32,000 bases of DNA, from assembly GCA_019112765.1 (NCBI GenBank), contig DXIU01000112.1, positions 1 through 32,000 on the forward strand, written 5' to 3'. The translations under genes and the position numbers were made by a program. The notes below the pieces were generated by a model, which was given only the letters and a program-made list of their open reading frames with translations, made no database searches and was not told where the DNA came from. Numbering within the stretch: the stretch's first letter is position 1; the number at the start of each line of letters is the position of its first letter. Of the stretch, positions 18,014 through 27,420 are shown in pieces. Origin of the DNA: Candidatus Mediterraneibacter norwichensis. Lineage in GTDB: Bacteria; Bacillota; Clostridia; Lachnospirales; Lachnospiraceae.

Positions 18014-19498
18014 TTATCCCCACGGATTCTCTGTCGGGTATCTTACGCCTGCCGGCTGATTGTATCCGATCTCGTCTACCGGAACTCCAATGTATTTGAA
18101 TACTTCAAACAGAGCTTTTCCGTAGTGACCGAAAGCAACTGCTCCGTGGTGCGGATAGTTCTTCTCGATCAGCACGTGACGGTAGAATCTTCCCATCTCC
18201 GGAATTGCGAATACGCCGATGGAACCGAAGGATTTTGTAGCAACCGGAAGGATCTCGCCCTGTGCGACATATGCGCGCAGCACATTGTCAGATGTGCTCT
18301 GCAGACGGTAGAATGTGATATCGCCAGGTTTGATGTCGCCTTCCAGTGTTCCCTGAGTAACTTCCTCCGGAAGTGTTCTTGCCATGATCTTCTGGTATTT
18401 CATCTCGCAGGATGTCAGCTTGCTGGAAGCTGTATTTCCGCAGTGGAATGCCATGAATGTATCTTTGTGTGTATACGGGAACTTGCCTTCGATGCTCTCT
18501 TTGTACATGTCAGCCGGTACAGAGTTGTTGATGTCAAGAAGCGTTACAGCATCCTGGCTTACAACTGTTCCGATGAACTCGCTTAAGCATCCGTAAATAT
18601 CAACCTCGCAGGATACCGGAATACCCTGAGCTGTCAGACGGCTGTTAACATAGCAGGGAACAAATCCGAACTGTGTCTGGAATGCCGGCCAGCATTTTCC
18701 AGCGATTGCCACGAATTTGCGGTATCCCCTGTGTTCCTCTACCCAGTCTTTCAGAGTCAGCTCGTACTGAGCAAGTTTTGCAAGAACTTCCGGCTTCTTG
18801 TTGCCTTCGCCCAGCTCTGCTTCCATGTCTTTTACAACTTCCGGAATTCTCTCGTCGCCTGCATGGTTGTTGTATGCCTCAAAAAGGTCAAGTTCTGAGT
18901 TCTCCTCGATCTCAACGCCGATGTTGTAAAGCTGCTGAATCGGTGCGTTGCATGCAAGGAAGTTCAGCGGACGGGGGCCGAAGCTGATGATCTTCAGGTT
19001 GTTCAGAGCATATACCGCACGTGCGATGGGCTCGAACTCGTGAATCATGTCAGCGCATTCCTCAGCTGTTCCTACCGGATACTCCGGAATATATGCCTTA
19101 ACGCCTCTGAGCTTTAAGTTGTAGCTTGCGTTGAGCATACCGCAGTATGCGTCTCCACGTCCGTCAAGCAGATCATTCTGTGACTCCTCAGCTGCTGCGA
19201 TAAACATCTTCGGTCCTTCAAAGTGCTTTGCAAGCAGAGTCTCGGAAATCTCCGGTCCGAAGTTTCCAAGATATACAACCAGTGCATTGCATCCAGCTTT
19301 CTTAACATCCTCGAGAGCCTGTACCATATGGATCTCGCTTTCTACGATACAGATCGGACATTCATAAACTGTTCCCTCGCCGTATTTCTTTGTGTACGCG
19401 TCAATCAGCGCTTTTCTCCTGTTTACGGACAGGCTCTCCGGGAAGCAGTCTCTGCTCACTGCAACAACTCCGATTTTTAATTCAGGCATATTGTTCAT
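18014..19498 (-). CDS. L-fucose/L-arabinose isomerase-family sugar isomerase
   Basis: This 494-aa protein has an N-terminal Rossmann-like segment (IGVVAVSRDCF...) and a C-terminal region resembling the FucI/AraA superfamily. The substrate cannot be told from the sequence. Confidence 0.7.
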   Translation of the reverse strand: MNNMPELKIGVVAVSRDCFPESLSVNRRKALIDAYTKKYGEGTVYECPICIVESEIHMVQALEDVKKAGCNALVVYLGNFGPEISETLLAKHFEGPKMFIAAAEESQNDLLDGRGDAYCGMLNASYNLKLRGVKAYIPEYPVGTAEECADMIHEFEPIARAVYALNNLKIISFGPRPLNFLACNAPIQQLYNIGVEIEENSELDLFEAYNNHAGDERIPEVVKDMEAELGEGNKKPEVLAKLAQYELTLKDWVEEHRGYRKFVAIAGKCWPAFQTQFGFVPCYVNSRLTAQGIPVSCEVDIYGCLSEFIGTVVSQDAVTLLDINNSVPADMYKESIEGKFPYTHKDTFMAFHCGNTASSKLTSCEMKYQKIMARTLPEEVTQGTLEGDIKPGDITFYRLQSTSDNVLRAYVAQGEILPVATKSFGSIGVFAIPEMGRFYRHVLIEKNYPHHGAVAFGHYGKALFEVFKYIGVPVDEIGYNQPAGVRYPTENPWG

Positions 19499-19602
19499 AA
19501 TTCTTATCCTCTCTTTCTTTCCTGCCTGCGGCTTTCTTTCTGAACCGCTCTGCCTATTTTGTTTTTAAGACGGTGTATCCGTCTTTTCCTTCTGCCGGCA
19601 GC

Positions 19603-20217
19603 CTATACGTGAGGATTCTCGCCCTGCAGTCCGCAGAAAGCGCCTTCGATTCCTGCTTCCTCATGAGCAATCAGCCACTTGTTTACCGCTGCGAGCAGAC
19701 GGTTTTCTCCTTCTTTGGATGTCTCAAAGGAAAGCTCGTCATTGGTTCCCTTCGGCAGGATAATCGCGCAGCGGAATCCGCCTTCCCGGGCCGTGCACGG
19801 CGCATAGTGGAGAGTCGTCGCATAGAGCTCCACCGCTGTCGCGGCAGGCACGAAAAATGCTTCGATCTTCGATGTGTCATACACGTCCCCTTCCTGGATA
19901 TCCTGCTGGCATCCAAGCAGAAGAATCAGATCTGTGACTGCGATGTCGATCTCCGAACTTCTGTGGTATTCCACCGCATTCAGTCTGTAGTTATCTCCGT
20001 TGCAGTAACCGATCTGGATTGGCAGTCCGCCAAAACCTTTCTGGCTTACTGCCTCAGCCTCGGGCAGAGCTTCCAGCTCTTCCACTGAGGCCACATAGAT
20101 AACATCCTCCGGAAGCGGCGTATGCTCCATTTCCTTTAAGATTTTCTCAAAAGAAAACTCTGTCAGCACTCTTCCATACTTGCCAAAGGACGCATCTGTC
20201 AACTGTTTAATTTCCAA
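19603..20217 (-). CDS. Small cupin-like / ureidoglycolate-lyase-like protein of unknown function (DUF4867-like by recollection)
   Basis: The ORF is well formed. I moved the start to TTG 20217, 8 nt after an AAGGAGG SD sequence. The family assignment is from memory and is not verified. Confidence 0.6.
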   Translation of the reverse strand: MEIKQLTDASFGKYGRVLTEFSFEKILKEMEHTPLPEDVIYVASVEELEALPEAEAVSQKGFGGLPIQIGYCNGDNYRLNAVEYHRSSEIDIAVTDLILLLGCQQDIQEGDVYDTSKIEAFFVPAATAVELYATTLHYAPCTAREGGFRCAIILPKGTNDELSFETSKEGENRLLAAVNKWLIAHEEAGIEGAFCGLQGENPHV

Positions 20218-20360
20218 TTTTCTGACCTCCTTATGTATACGGTGTTTTTGTTTCCGGTCTGTCATATTCCGGACAGATCCGGTCCGCGTTCCTGCATCTG
20301 CAGGTTTGTGAGGTCATTTTATCAACTTAAGGGCATCTTTTCGACCAAAAAATTAGCCAT

Positions 20361-21191
20361 TTAATGCCCATTTCCTGTCTTTTCGCGATATTCGCTCGGC
20401 AGCATTCCATATTTTTTGCGGAATGCCCGGGCCAGGCCTTTGCTTCCTGAAAATCCGTTCCGAAGAGCAGTTTCCGTAATACTGTACTTCCCGCTCTCCA
20501 GATCTTTCAGGGCATACCCCAGCCGGATGCTCTGAAGATAACTCTTGAATGTAATCCCGGCATACTTCTGGAACATCCTGGAAAGATAGGTCGGCGAATA
20601 CCCGAACACCCGGGCCACAGACTCAAGCGTCATCTCTCCGGCATAATTTTCCTTCATATAGGAAGTAATGGACGACAGCCGGTTCAGGTTTCTGTTCTTC
20701 CTTACCGAATCCTGATCGATCTGTGTCAGCCGGTACTCTTTTACAAGGAAATACATGATATTATAGAAAATACTTTTCACCTTCAGATTATAGCCGATTT
20801 GCTTCTCCGTGTAAACCCGGAACAGATCTTTTATCAGTTCCATGAAGCGCTCATCTTTTTTCCCGGGCTCATGGGTGAACCAGATAAACTGCTCTTCCGT
20901 AAAATATTCCTCAAACATCTTGAGGGGGATCTGAAGAACAATCGTCTCATTGGGCCGGGGCGCGTCAATCGAGTGAACTTCATTGGAATTTACGATGATA
21001 AATTCATCCGCTGTCAGCCGCCACATTCTGTCGTCAACAAAAAATCCCAGTTCTCCCTGGCACACGGCAAATATTTCTATAGAGCGGTGCCAGTGCTTCT
21101 CCCGGAAATAATTTCCGTTCCACCCTTCAAACAGGAAGAGCTTGAAGGGCAGTCCCTCCTCCGGAACAATCAGCTCATGCGAAAATCTCAT
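20361..21191 (-). CDS. AraC-family transcriptional regulator (N-terminal cupin, C-terminal double HTH)
   Basis: The cupin segment (HWHRSIEIF...VHSI) is followed by an AraC-type HTH region (SVARVFGYSPTYLSRMFQK...GFSGSKGLARAFRKKYGMLPSEYR). Confidence 0.9.
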   Translation of the reverse strand: MRFSHELIVPEEGLPFKLFLFEGWNGNYFREKHWHRSIEIFAVCQGELGFFVDDRMWRLTADEFIIVNSNEVHSIDAPRPNETIVLQIPLKMFEEYFTEEQFIWFTHEPGKKDERFMELIKDLFRVYTEKQIGYNLKVKSIFYNIMYFLVKEYRLTQIDQDSVRKNRNLNRLSSITSYMKENYAGEMTLESVARVFGYSPTYLSRMFQKYAGITFKSYLQSIRLGYALKDLESGKYSITETALRNGFSGSKGLARAFRKKYGMLPSEYREKTGNGH

Positions 21192-21206
21192 AGGCTCCCT
21201 CTTTTC

Positions 21207-21235
21207 ATGCCGCGGCGTCTTTCACACCGCGGCAT
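21207..21235. terminator. GC-rich hairpin between the hydA stop and the araC-family start
   Basis: A 9-bp stem atgccgcgg pairs with ccgcggcat around an 11-nt loop. The T-run is on the plus side only, so its role on the minus strand is uncertain. Confidence 0.3.
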
Positions 21236-21249
21236 TTCCGTCTTTTTGT

Positions 21250-22953
21250 TTATTCATTATGAAGAAGCTTGTGTTCCTTTCCTTTCAGGATGCCGTCATA
21301 TACGCTGGCCACAATGGGATTTTCATTGGACAGCCGGATCTGGGCCATATTGTCGATCTTATAGATGCCTTCCAGTCTGGCTTTTTTCGTCCGCGGTCCA
21401 ATGGGAACAGGCTGCCCGCCGCCGGCAATACAGCCTCTCTTGCAGGCCATGACCTCCACGAAATCATAGTGGGCCTCTCCTGCCTCCATTCTGTCCAGAA
21501 TGATTTTTGCACAGTGCAGTCCGTTTACAACCGCGATCTTTACGGTCCGGTCTCCAAGCTCAATCTGAGCCTCCTTGATTCCGTCCACGCCGCGGATTCC
21601 CGTAAAACTGATAGCTTCCAGATCTTCCTCCCGGTTGCTGCCGACGAGCCGGCGGAGCACCGCTTCCGTTACGCCTCCGGTTACGCCGAAAATTGCTCCG
21701 GCTCCGGACGCCAGTCCGAAAGGCATATCCAGCGACTCCGGCTTTACCTGGGACAGGTCAATGCCTGCCTCCTGGATCATGCGGGTAATCTCTGTAGTAG
21801 TAAGAACATAATCCACGTCCTGCTCGCCCTCGGTAAAATGTTCCGGTCTGCGGATCTCTGCTTTCTTTGCCGTACAGGGCATAATGGAAACGACTACAGT
21901 CTTTTTCACATTCTCTTCCCCGTTTTCCGCCGCTTTCGCGGCATTCATCCGCGCTTCCTCTTTTATCAGAGCGCCGAACATCTCCTGGGGAGACTTGCAG
22001 CTTGATATATTTTTCCGGAACCGGGGATACCGGTTCTCGCAGAATTTCACCCAGGCCGGACAGCAGGAGGTAAACAACGGCAGATTTTCTCCGGATTTCA
22101 GCCTCTCTACCAGTTCTTTTGACTCTTCCATTACCGTCAGGTCGGCGCCGAAATTTGTATCGTATACTTCATCAAATCCGATTCTTCTGAGGGCTGCCGC
22201 CAGACGTCCCAGCGTATTTTCCCCTTTCTTAATGCCAAACTTGTCTCCTACTGCCACACGGACCGCAGGAGCGATCTGAGCTACTACACGGATATTTCTG
22301 TCCGCCAGAGCCGCCCACACCGGAGCCACATCCTGTTTAATGCTGATCGCGCCGGTAGGGCAGACCGCACGGCACTGTCCGCAGCCCACACAGTCTGTCT
22401 GCGCCAGATCCCTGTTAAATGCCGGCATAACCTGCATCCTGGAACCGCGGAAGGCAAAATCCAGAATTCCCAGTCCCTGAATCTCTTCACAGGTACGCAC
22501 ACAGTCTCCGCACAGAATACATTTGTTCGGATCCCGGATGACACATTCCGAAGAGGTATCCAGCGGAAGCTGTTTCTTGTTGTTTTCAAAACGGACTTCA
22601 GTAATGCCCAGCTGACGGGACAGTTTCTGCAGCGTACAGACGCCGTTCTTCGCGCAGGTTGTACAGTCTCTGCAGTGGGAAGCCAGCAGCAGCTCGATGA
22701 TCATCCGTCTGTGATGCTGCAGCCGGGGCGTATTGGTATAGATCACCATGCCGTCTCTGGGCACCTCAGAACAGGACGCGAAAATTCTTCCCCGTTCGTC
22801 CTCCACTACGCACATACGGCAGGCTCCGTATGTAGACAGTTCCGAGTGATAGCAGAATGTGGGCAGGTCGATTCCTGATTTCCGGATTACAGAAAGAACA
22901 TTTCTCTCGTTTGTAAACGCAACCCTGCGGTTATTGATTGTCATATAACTCAT
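21250..22953 (-). CDS. hydA: [FeFe]-hydrogenase catalytic subunit (HydA/HndD type)
   Basis: An N-terminal 2Fe-2S ferredoxin domain is followed by several Cys clusters. The H-cluster motifs TSCCPAW, MPCTAKK and EVMACKRGCIAGGGQP are present. I moved the start to ATG 22953, 8 nt after an AGGAGG SD sequence. Confidence 0.93.
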   Translation of the reverse strand: MSYMTINNRRVAFTNERNVLSVIRKSGIDLPTFCYHSELSTYGACRMCVVEDERGRIFASCSEVPRDGMVIYTNTPRLQHHRRMIIELLLASHCRDCTTCAKNGVCTLQKLSRQLGITEVRFENNKKQLPLDTSSECVIRDPNKCILCGDCVRTCEEIQGLGILDFAFRGSRMQVMPAFNRDLAQTDCVGCGQCRAVCPTGAISIKQDVAPVWAALADRNIRVVAQIAPAVRVAVGDKFGIKKGENTLGRLAAALRRIGFDEVYDTNFGADLTVMEESKELVERLKSGENLPLFTSCCPAWVKFCENRYPRFRKNISSCKSPQEMFGALIKEEARMNAAKAAENGEENVKKTVVVSIMPCTAKKAEIRRPEHFTEGEQDVDYVLTTTEITRMIQEAGIDLSQVKPESLDMPFGLASGAGAIFGVTGGVTEAVLRRLVGSNREEDLEAISFTGIRGVDGIKEAQIELGDRTVKIAVVNGLHCAKIILDRMEAGEAHYDFVEVMACKRGCIAGGGQPVPIGPRTKKARLEGIYKIDNMAQIRLSNENPIVASVYDGILKGKEHKLLHNE

Positions 22954-22965
22954 GCTCATCTCCTC

Positions 22966-24852
22966 CTACCCTTCTACATGTATTGCGCCGAATGCACAGG
23001 CGCTCTCGCAGGCGCCGCACTTGATGCATTTTTCCGTGTCAATTACATATGGTTCCCTGAGCTGTCCGCTGATGGCTCCCACCGGACAGTTCCTTGCGCA
23101 CTTGGAACATCCCTTGCACCGCTCCGGACTTATGATAAAGCGCCTCAGAGCCGTACAGGTATGGGACGCGCATTTCTTGTCCACAACATGTTCCATATAT
23201 TCATCCCGGAACAGCTTCAGTGTACTCATAACCGGAAGAGCCGCGCTCTTTCCAAGACCGCACAGCGCTGTCTCCGTAATCGTATTGGCCAGTTCTTCCA
23301 GAAGATCCAGGTCTTCCACCTTTCCGTTTCCGGCAACAATCCGTTCCAGAATCTCCAGCATCCGCTTCGTGCCTTCCCGGCAGGGCACACATTTGCCGCA
23401 GCTTTCATTCTGTGTGAAATTCATAAAGAACCGGGCGACCTCAACCATACAGGTGTGATTGTCCATAACAACAAGACCGCCGGAACCGATCATAGCTCCC
23501 ATTTTCTTCAGAGAGTCAAAATCAAGGCTTACATCCAGATGAGGCGTAACAAGACATCCTCCTGACGGACCTCCGATCTGTACCGCCTTAAATTCCCCGT
23601 CCCCCTTGATGCCGCCGCCGATATCGTAAATGACTTCGCGGAGGGTAGTTCCCATAGGCACCTCGATCAGTCCGGTATGCTTCACACTTCCCGTCAGGGC
23701 AAAGGCCTTGGTTCCCGGGCTGTTCTCCGGTCCGATACTCTTAAACCAGTCCGCGCCGTCCATGATAATCATGGGAACATTGGCAAATGTCTCCACATTG
23801 TTCAGAACCGTAGGCTTGCCGAACAAACCCTGTTCCACGGTACGGGGCGGTTTGACTCTGGGCATTCCCCGGTTGCCCTCAATGGACGCGGTCAGAGCGC
23901 TTCCTTCCCCGCACACAAACGCGCCGGCTCCCCGGTTGATATGCAGCCGGAAGGAAAAATCTGTTCCCAGAATATGGTCTCCCAGAAGTCCGCACTCCTC
24001 CGCCTGGGCAATGGCCAGCTTCAGACGGCTGATGGCCAGCGGGTACTCTGCCCTTACGTAGATGTATCCTTCCTGGGCGCCTACCGCGTAAGCCGCGATC
24101 ATCATGCCCTCGATCATCTTGTGGGGATCTCCCTCCATGATGCTCCGGTCCATAAACGCGCCCGGATCGCCCTCGTCTCCATTACAGACAACGTAACGTT
24201 TTTTCTCGGCCTGTCTGGCCACCTGGGACCATTTATAACCGGTGGGGAATCCGCCGCCTCCCCTTCCTCTTAAGTTGGACTCGGAAATCTCCTGAATGAT
24301 TTCCTCCGGAGTCATTTCAAACAGCGCCTTTTCCAGGGCCTGATAGCCTCCGGTTGATATGTATTCCTGAATATGCTCTGCGTCGATATGTCCGCAGTTT
24401 TTCAGCACATTTCTGGTCTGCTTTTTATAGAAAGGAATCTCTTCCTGCTTCTTGTATTCGATTCCGTCCTGCTTGAACAGCAGATGACGGATAATGTCGC
24501 CTTTTTCTATGGTTCTGTGGAAGATCTCGTCACAGTCTTCCGGCTGTACTTTCGTGTACAGAATCCCCTGGGGCTCAATCCGCATAAGGGGTCCCATCTC
24601 GCAGAACCCGTGGCATCCGCTTTTCTTAACGCTGATCTCCCCGTTTCCATGGGCGATCTCCGGCCCGAAATGTACTTCCACATCCGGATGATCTTTCACC
24701 AGCGCGCACATTCTCTCATAGATTTCGCCGGATCCGCCTGCCAGGCATCCTGTCCCGGCACAGATCAGAATCCTGCATCTGCTGTCTGCAACCTGTGCTT
24801 TCGAAGCTTCCCGTACCTGTCCGAGAGCTTCTCTGTCTGCAATTCTCTCCAT
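22966..24852 (-). CDS. hydB: NuoF-like flavoprotein subunit of bifurcating hydrogenase (HydB/HndC)
   Basis: The FMN/NADH motif GRGGGGFPTGYKW and the 4Fe-4S motif ESCGKCVPCREG are present. There is an N-terminal thioredoxin-like 2Fe-2S domain and a C-terminal pair of ferredoxin motifs (CKGCSKC...CIKCGAC). Confidence 0.93.
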   Translation of the reverse strand: MERIADREALGQVREASKAQVADSRCRILICAGTGCLAGGSGEIYERMCALVKDHPDVEVHFGPEIAHGNGEISVKKSGCHGFCEMGPLMRIEPQGILYTKVQPEDCDEIFHRTIEKGDIIRHLLFKQDGIEYKKQEEIPFYKKQTRNVLKNCGHIDAEHIQEYISTGGYQALEKALFEMTPEEIIQEISESNLRGRGGGGFPTGYKWSQVARQAEKKRYVVCNGDEGDPGAFMDRSIMEGDPHKMIEGMMIAAYAVGAQEGYIYVRAEYPLAISRLKLAIAQAEECGLLGDHILGTDFSFRLHINRGAGAFVCGEGSALTASIEGNRGMPRVKPPRTVEQGLFGKPTVLNNVETFANVPMIIMDGADWFKSIGPENSPGTKAFALTGSVKHTGLIEVPMGTTLREVIYDIGGGIKGDGEFKAVQIGGPSGGCLVTPHLDVSLDFDSLKKMGAMIGSGGLVVMDNHTCMVEVARFFMNFTQNESCGKCVPCREGTKRMLEILERIVAGNGKVEDLDLLEELANTITETALCGLGKSAALPVMSTLKLFRDEYMEHVVDKKCASHTCTALRRFIISPERCKGCSKCARNCPVGAISGQLREPYVIDTEKCIKCGACESACAFGAIHVEG

Positions 24853-24856
24853 ACGC

Positions 24857-25330
24857 TTATGCTCCTCTCAACTCTCGAATCAACTCCGCCGCGGCGTCCG
24901 GGGTCATGGCCGGATATACCTTGTCATTTACCGTAAGAACCGGCGCAAGCCCGCAGGCTCCCAGACAGGAAACTGTCTCCAGCGTAAACAGCATGTCGTC
25001 GGTGGTCGCTTTTTCCTCAGAAAGGCCCAGTTCGCTGTACAGTCTCTCCAGAATCGGAATAGACTTACGCACATGACAGGCCGTGCCGTCACAGACTTTA
25101 ATGATGTATTTTCCCTTTGGCTCAAAGGAAAAATTCTCATAAAAAGTAGCCACACTGTAAGCTTTCGCCTCATTGATTCCCAGTTTCTCAGCAACATAGC
25201 TGAGAAGCTCCGGAGGCAGATACCGATATTCCGCCTGGATATCCTGAATAATAGGAATAAGGGCTGCCTGCTGTGACCCGTGTTCCGCAATAATTTCATC
25301 AGCCTTGTCATAGTAGGTCTGTTCTAACAT
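24857..25330 (-). CDS. hydC: NuoE-like 2Fe-2S subunit (HydC/HndA)
   Basis: The protein is 157 aa with the Cys pattern VCDGTACH...SCLGACGLAP. An AAAGGAGG SD sequence precedes the ATG. Confidence 0.9.
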   Translation of the reverse strand: MLEQTYYDKADEIIAEHGSQQAALIPIIQDIQAEYRYLPPELLSYVAEKLGINEAKAYSVATFYENFSFEPKGKYIIKVCDGTACHVRKSIPILERLYSELGLSEEKATTDDMLFTLETVSCLGACGLAPVLTVNDKVYPAMTPDAAAELIRELRGA

Positions 25331-25382
25331 GAAATACCTCCTTTTTGTATAATCTGCTTTGATAAAAATACCGTTAAATAAT

Positions 25383-25411
25383 ATTATATTGGGAAATCAA
25401 AAAGCACACAA
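25383..25411 (-). promoter_or_regulatory. Candidate sigma-A promoter of hydCBA
   Basis: The minus strand reads TTGTGT-N17-TATAAT, about 45 nt upstream of the hydC ATG. Confidence 0.4.
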
Positions 25412-25530
25412 TAGAAAAAACTCTGAGCTTTTTATAATTTTCTCCACAGGTTACAGTCCGCCGTTCATCCAGGCAGCAGTTCCGTCACATATACCGGATT
25501 TCAGATGTTTCAGCACTCCGGAAAGCATAC

Positions 25531-25576
25531 AAAAAGAGACCGAAGCGCTGTCTGACTTCAGACAGGCCTCCGTCTC
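25531..25576 (-). terminator. Intrinsic terminator of the amidase gene
   Basis: On the minus strand a composite hairpin has outer stem GAGAC/GUCUC and inner stem CUGUCUG-AAGU-CAGACAG. It is followed by CUUUUUGU. Confidence 0.55.
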
Positions 25577-25592
25577 CTCCTGAACGGCAGTC

Positions 25593-26420
25593 CTAATAGC
25601 CGAAATACTGATCGATTCCATCTGCGATTCCCCGGACAATTTTATTCTGATAATCCTCCGTCGCCATAAGAGCGTCCTCCTCCGGGTTTGTCATATACCC
25701 CATCTCTACAATTGTAGCCGGGACCTGGCTCCAGTTATTGCCGCTCATGGAATCCGTCTCCCACACGCCGTCATTTTCGCATCCGGCAGATTCACTCAGC
25801 TTATTAATAATACAGTCGGACAGGGCTCTTGCCTGTTCGTAAAGTTCCGGATAGAACGGATTGTCCGGCGTAATACAGATCGTCATGGCGCCTTTCACCG
25901 AAGAATCCTCCGATCCGTTCGCGTGGATTCTGACAAATGCGTCCGCTTCTGCATTATTGGCTACGTCCGCCCTTTCAATACAGCTCACCGGCACATCATT
26001 GGATTCCCGGGTCATAAGCACGGTATACCCCCTGTCCTGCAGCACGTCTCTGAGCTTCTGGCTGACCGAAAGCGTCAGCTCATACTCTGCAAGTCCGCTG
26101 ACAGTTCCCGATGTTCCGGAAGTATCTGCCGCCTTGTTTTCAGTAGAGCCGGGGCCGAGAGGCTCTGTCCCTTCCGCAACCACAGCCGAATGTCCCGGAT
26201 CAATTACAACTGTCTGGGTTCTCTTCTGCTGCTCCGGCTCTTTTTCTTCCTCTTTTTCTTCCTCCGGTTCAGTTTCCTGTTTCTTGTCCTGCTCATCCAG
26301 TTCGATTACCAGATCCGCAACCTTCTTTTCCGGCTGTTCTTCTGTCTCTTCCCCTGAGGAACAGCCTGCCGCGGCCAGCGCGAGAACCGCCGCAGCCAGA
26401 ATCACTTTCCACCTTTTCAT
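25593..26420 (-). CDS. N-acetylmuramoyl-L-alanine amidase (Amidase_3), probable lipoprotein
   Basis: The signal peptide has the lipobox LAAAGC. An acidic low-complexity linker (EEEKEEEKEPE) follows. The catalytic motifs VVIDPGHS, RIHANG and VEMGYMTNPEED are present. Confidence 0.88.
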   Translation of the reverse strand: MKRWKVILAAAVLALAAAGCSSGEETEEQPEKKVADLVIELDEQDKKQETEPEEEKEEEKEPEQQKRTQTVVIDPGHSAVVAEGTEPLGPGSTENKAADTSGTSGTVSGLAEYELTLSVSQKLRDVLQDRGYTVLMTRESNDVPVSCIERADVANNAEADAFVRIHANGSEDSSVKGAMTICITPDNPFYPELYEQARALSDCIINKLSESAGCENDGVWETDSMSGNNWSQVPATIVEMGYMTNPEEDALMATEDYQNKIVRGIADGIDQYFGY

Positions 26421-26581
26421 ACAATCACCTTTCCCCTCTGCTTTACATATAATATATCATAAGTAATCCAGCATCTCTGCAAAACATCCGTTGATGCGGC
26501 ATCTCACAGAACCGTATCACTGATTATTATACACTAACTTTTGCCAAATGTGATGCTGTTTATTCAAAAAGAGGGATTTCA

Positions 26582-27397
26582 ATGAGTATACAAGGACTTG
26601 ACGTCAGCGAATTTCAGGGCGAAGTGGACTGGGAACGGGTAAAAGCAGCCGGTTTTCAGTTCGCCATGCTCCGCGCCGGATACGGCGCCGGCACAGAAGA
26701 CCGCCGTTTCCGGCGCAACGCCTCCGAATGCGGCCGGATCGGGCTTCCTTTCGGCGTGTACTGGTTCTGCTATGCCGCGACTCCCGCCGAAGCAGCCGCA
26801 GAGGCCGACAGCTGCATCAGAACCGTTTCCTCCTTCCGGCTGGAATATCCGGTATGCTATGATATCGAAGAGGCTTCCGCCGATTATGTCCGGAAGCAGG
26901 GGGCTCCATTTAACGCTTCGCTGGCCCGGAAGCTGGTCCGGAGCTTCTGCAGCCGCGTGGAAGAGAAAGGATACTTTTCCATGTTTTACAGCAGCCGCAA
27001 CTTTATAGACACCTACCTGGGAAATGATCTCCGGAAGCGCTATGCACTCTGGTACGCCCGATACAGTGAACGTTTCGATGGCACCGGCTGCGGCATATGG
27101 CAGTACACCAGCCAGGGCAGTGTACCCGGAATCAGAGGGGATGTTGACCTGGACCGGGGATTTACGGATTACCCTTCCATAATCAGAAATGCCGGGCTGA
27201 ATCATCTCTCCGGAAGGCCTTCCCGGCCGGAACCGGACTATGTTACCTATGTCCTCCGCCCGGGAGATACCCTGAGTGAAATTGCCGCCAGATTCGGAAC
27301 AACTGTATCCGAGCTTGCCGGGCTGAACCACATTTCCAATCCGGACCAGATCTATGCCGGGGATACCATTCGTATTCCGGAAAAAGACGCGACTTAA
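26582..27397 (+). CDS. GH25 muramidase (lysozyme) with C-terminal LysM domain
   Basis: The N-terminus GLDVSEFQGEVDWERVKAAGFQFAMLRAGYG is a typical GH25 start. The C-terminal LysM domain reads YVLRPGDTLSEIAARFGTTVSELAGLNHISNPDQIYAGDTIRIP. No signal peptide is visible. Confidence 0.88.
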   Translation: MSIQGLDVSEFQGEVDWERVKAAGFQFAMLRAGYGAGTEDRRFRRNASECGRIGLPFGVYWFCYAATPAEAAAEADSCIRTVSSFRLEYPVCYDIEEASADYVRKQGAPFNASLARKLVRSFCSRVEEKGYFSMFYSSRNFIDTYLGNDLRKRYALWYARYSERFDGTGCGIWQYTSQGSVPGIRGDVDLDRGFTDYPSIIRNAGLNHLSGRPSRPEPDYVTYVLRPGDTLSEIAARFGTTVSELAGLNHISNPDQIYAGDTIRIPEKDAT

Positions 27398-27420
27398 GAA
27401 AATCATAATTTTTTTTCGAT

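Noticed and set aside
21142-22005. A 287-aa plus-strand ORF overlapping the araC-family start and hydA
   Set aside because: It lies antisense to two well-supported genes and has no motifs.
22978-24936. Several 143-198-aa plus-strand ORFs, and a 127-aa alternative-frame ORF at 24928-25311, within hydB and hydC
   Set aside because: All overlap the conserved NuoF-like and NuoE-like frames. They have low-complexity sequence and no independent signals.
26579-27406. A 275-aa minus-strand ORF exactly mirroring the GH25-LysM gene
   Set aside because: The plus-strand frame carries clear GH25 and LysM motifs and an SD sequence. The mirror frame has neither.
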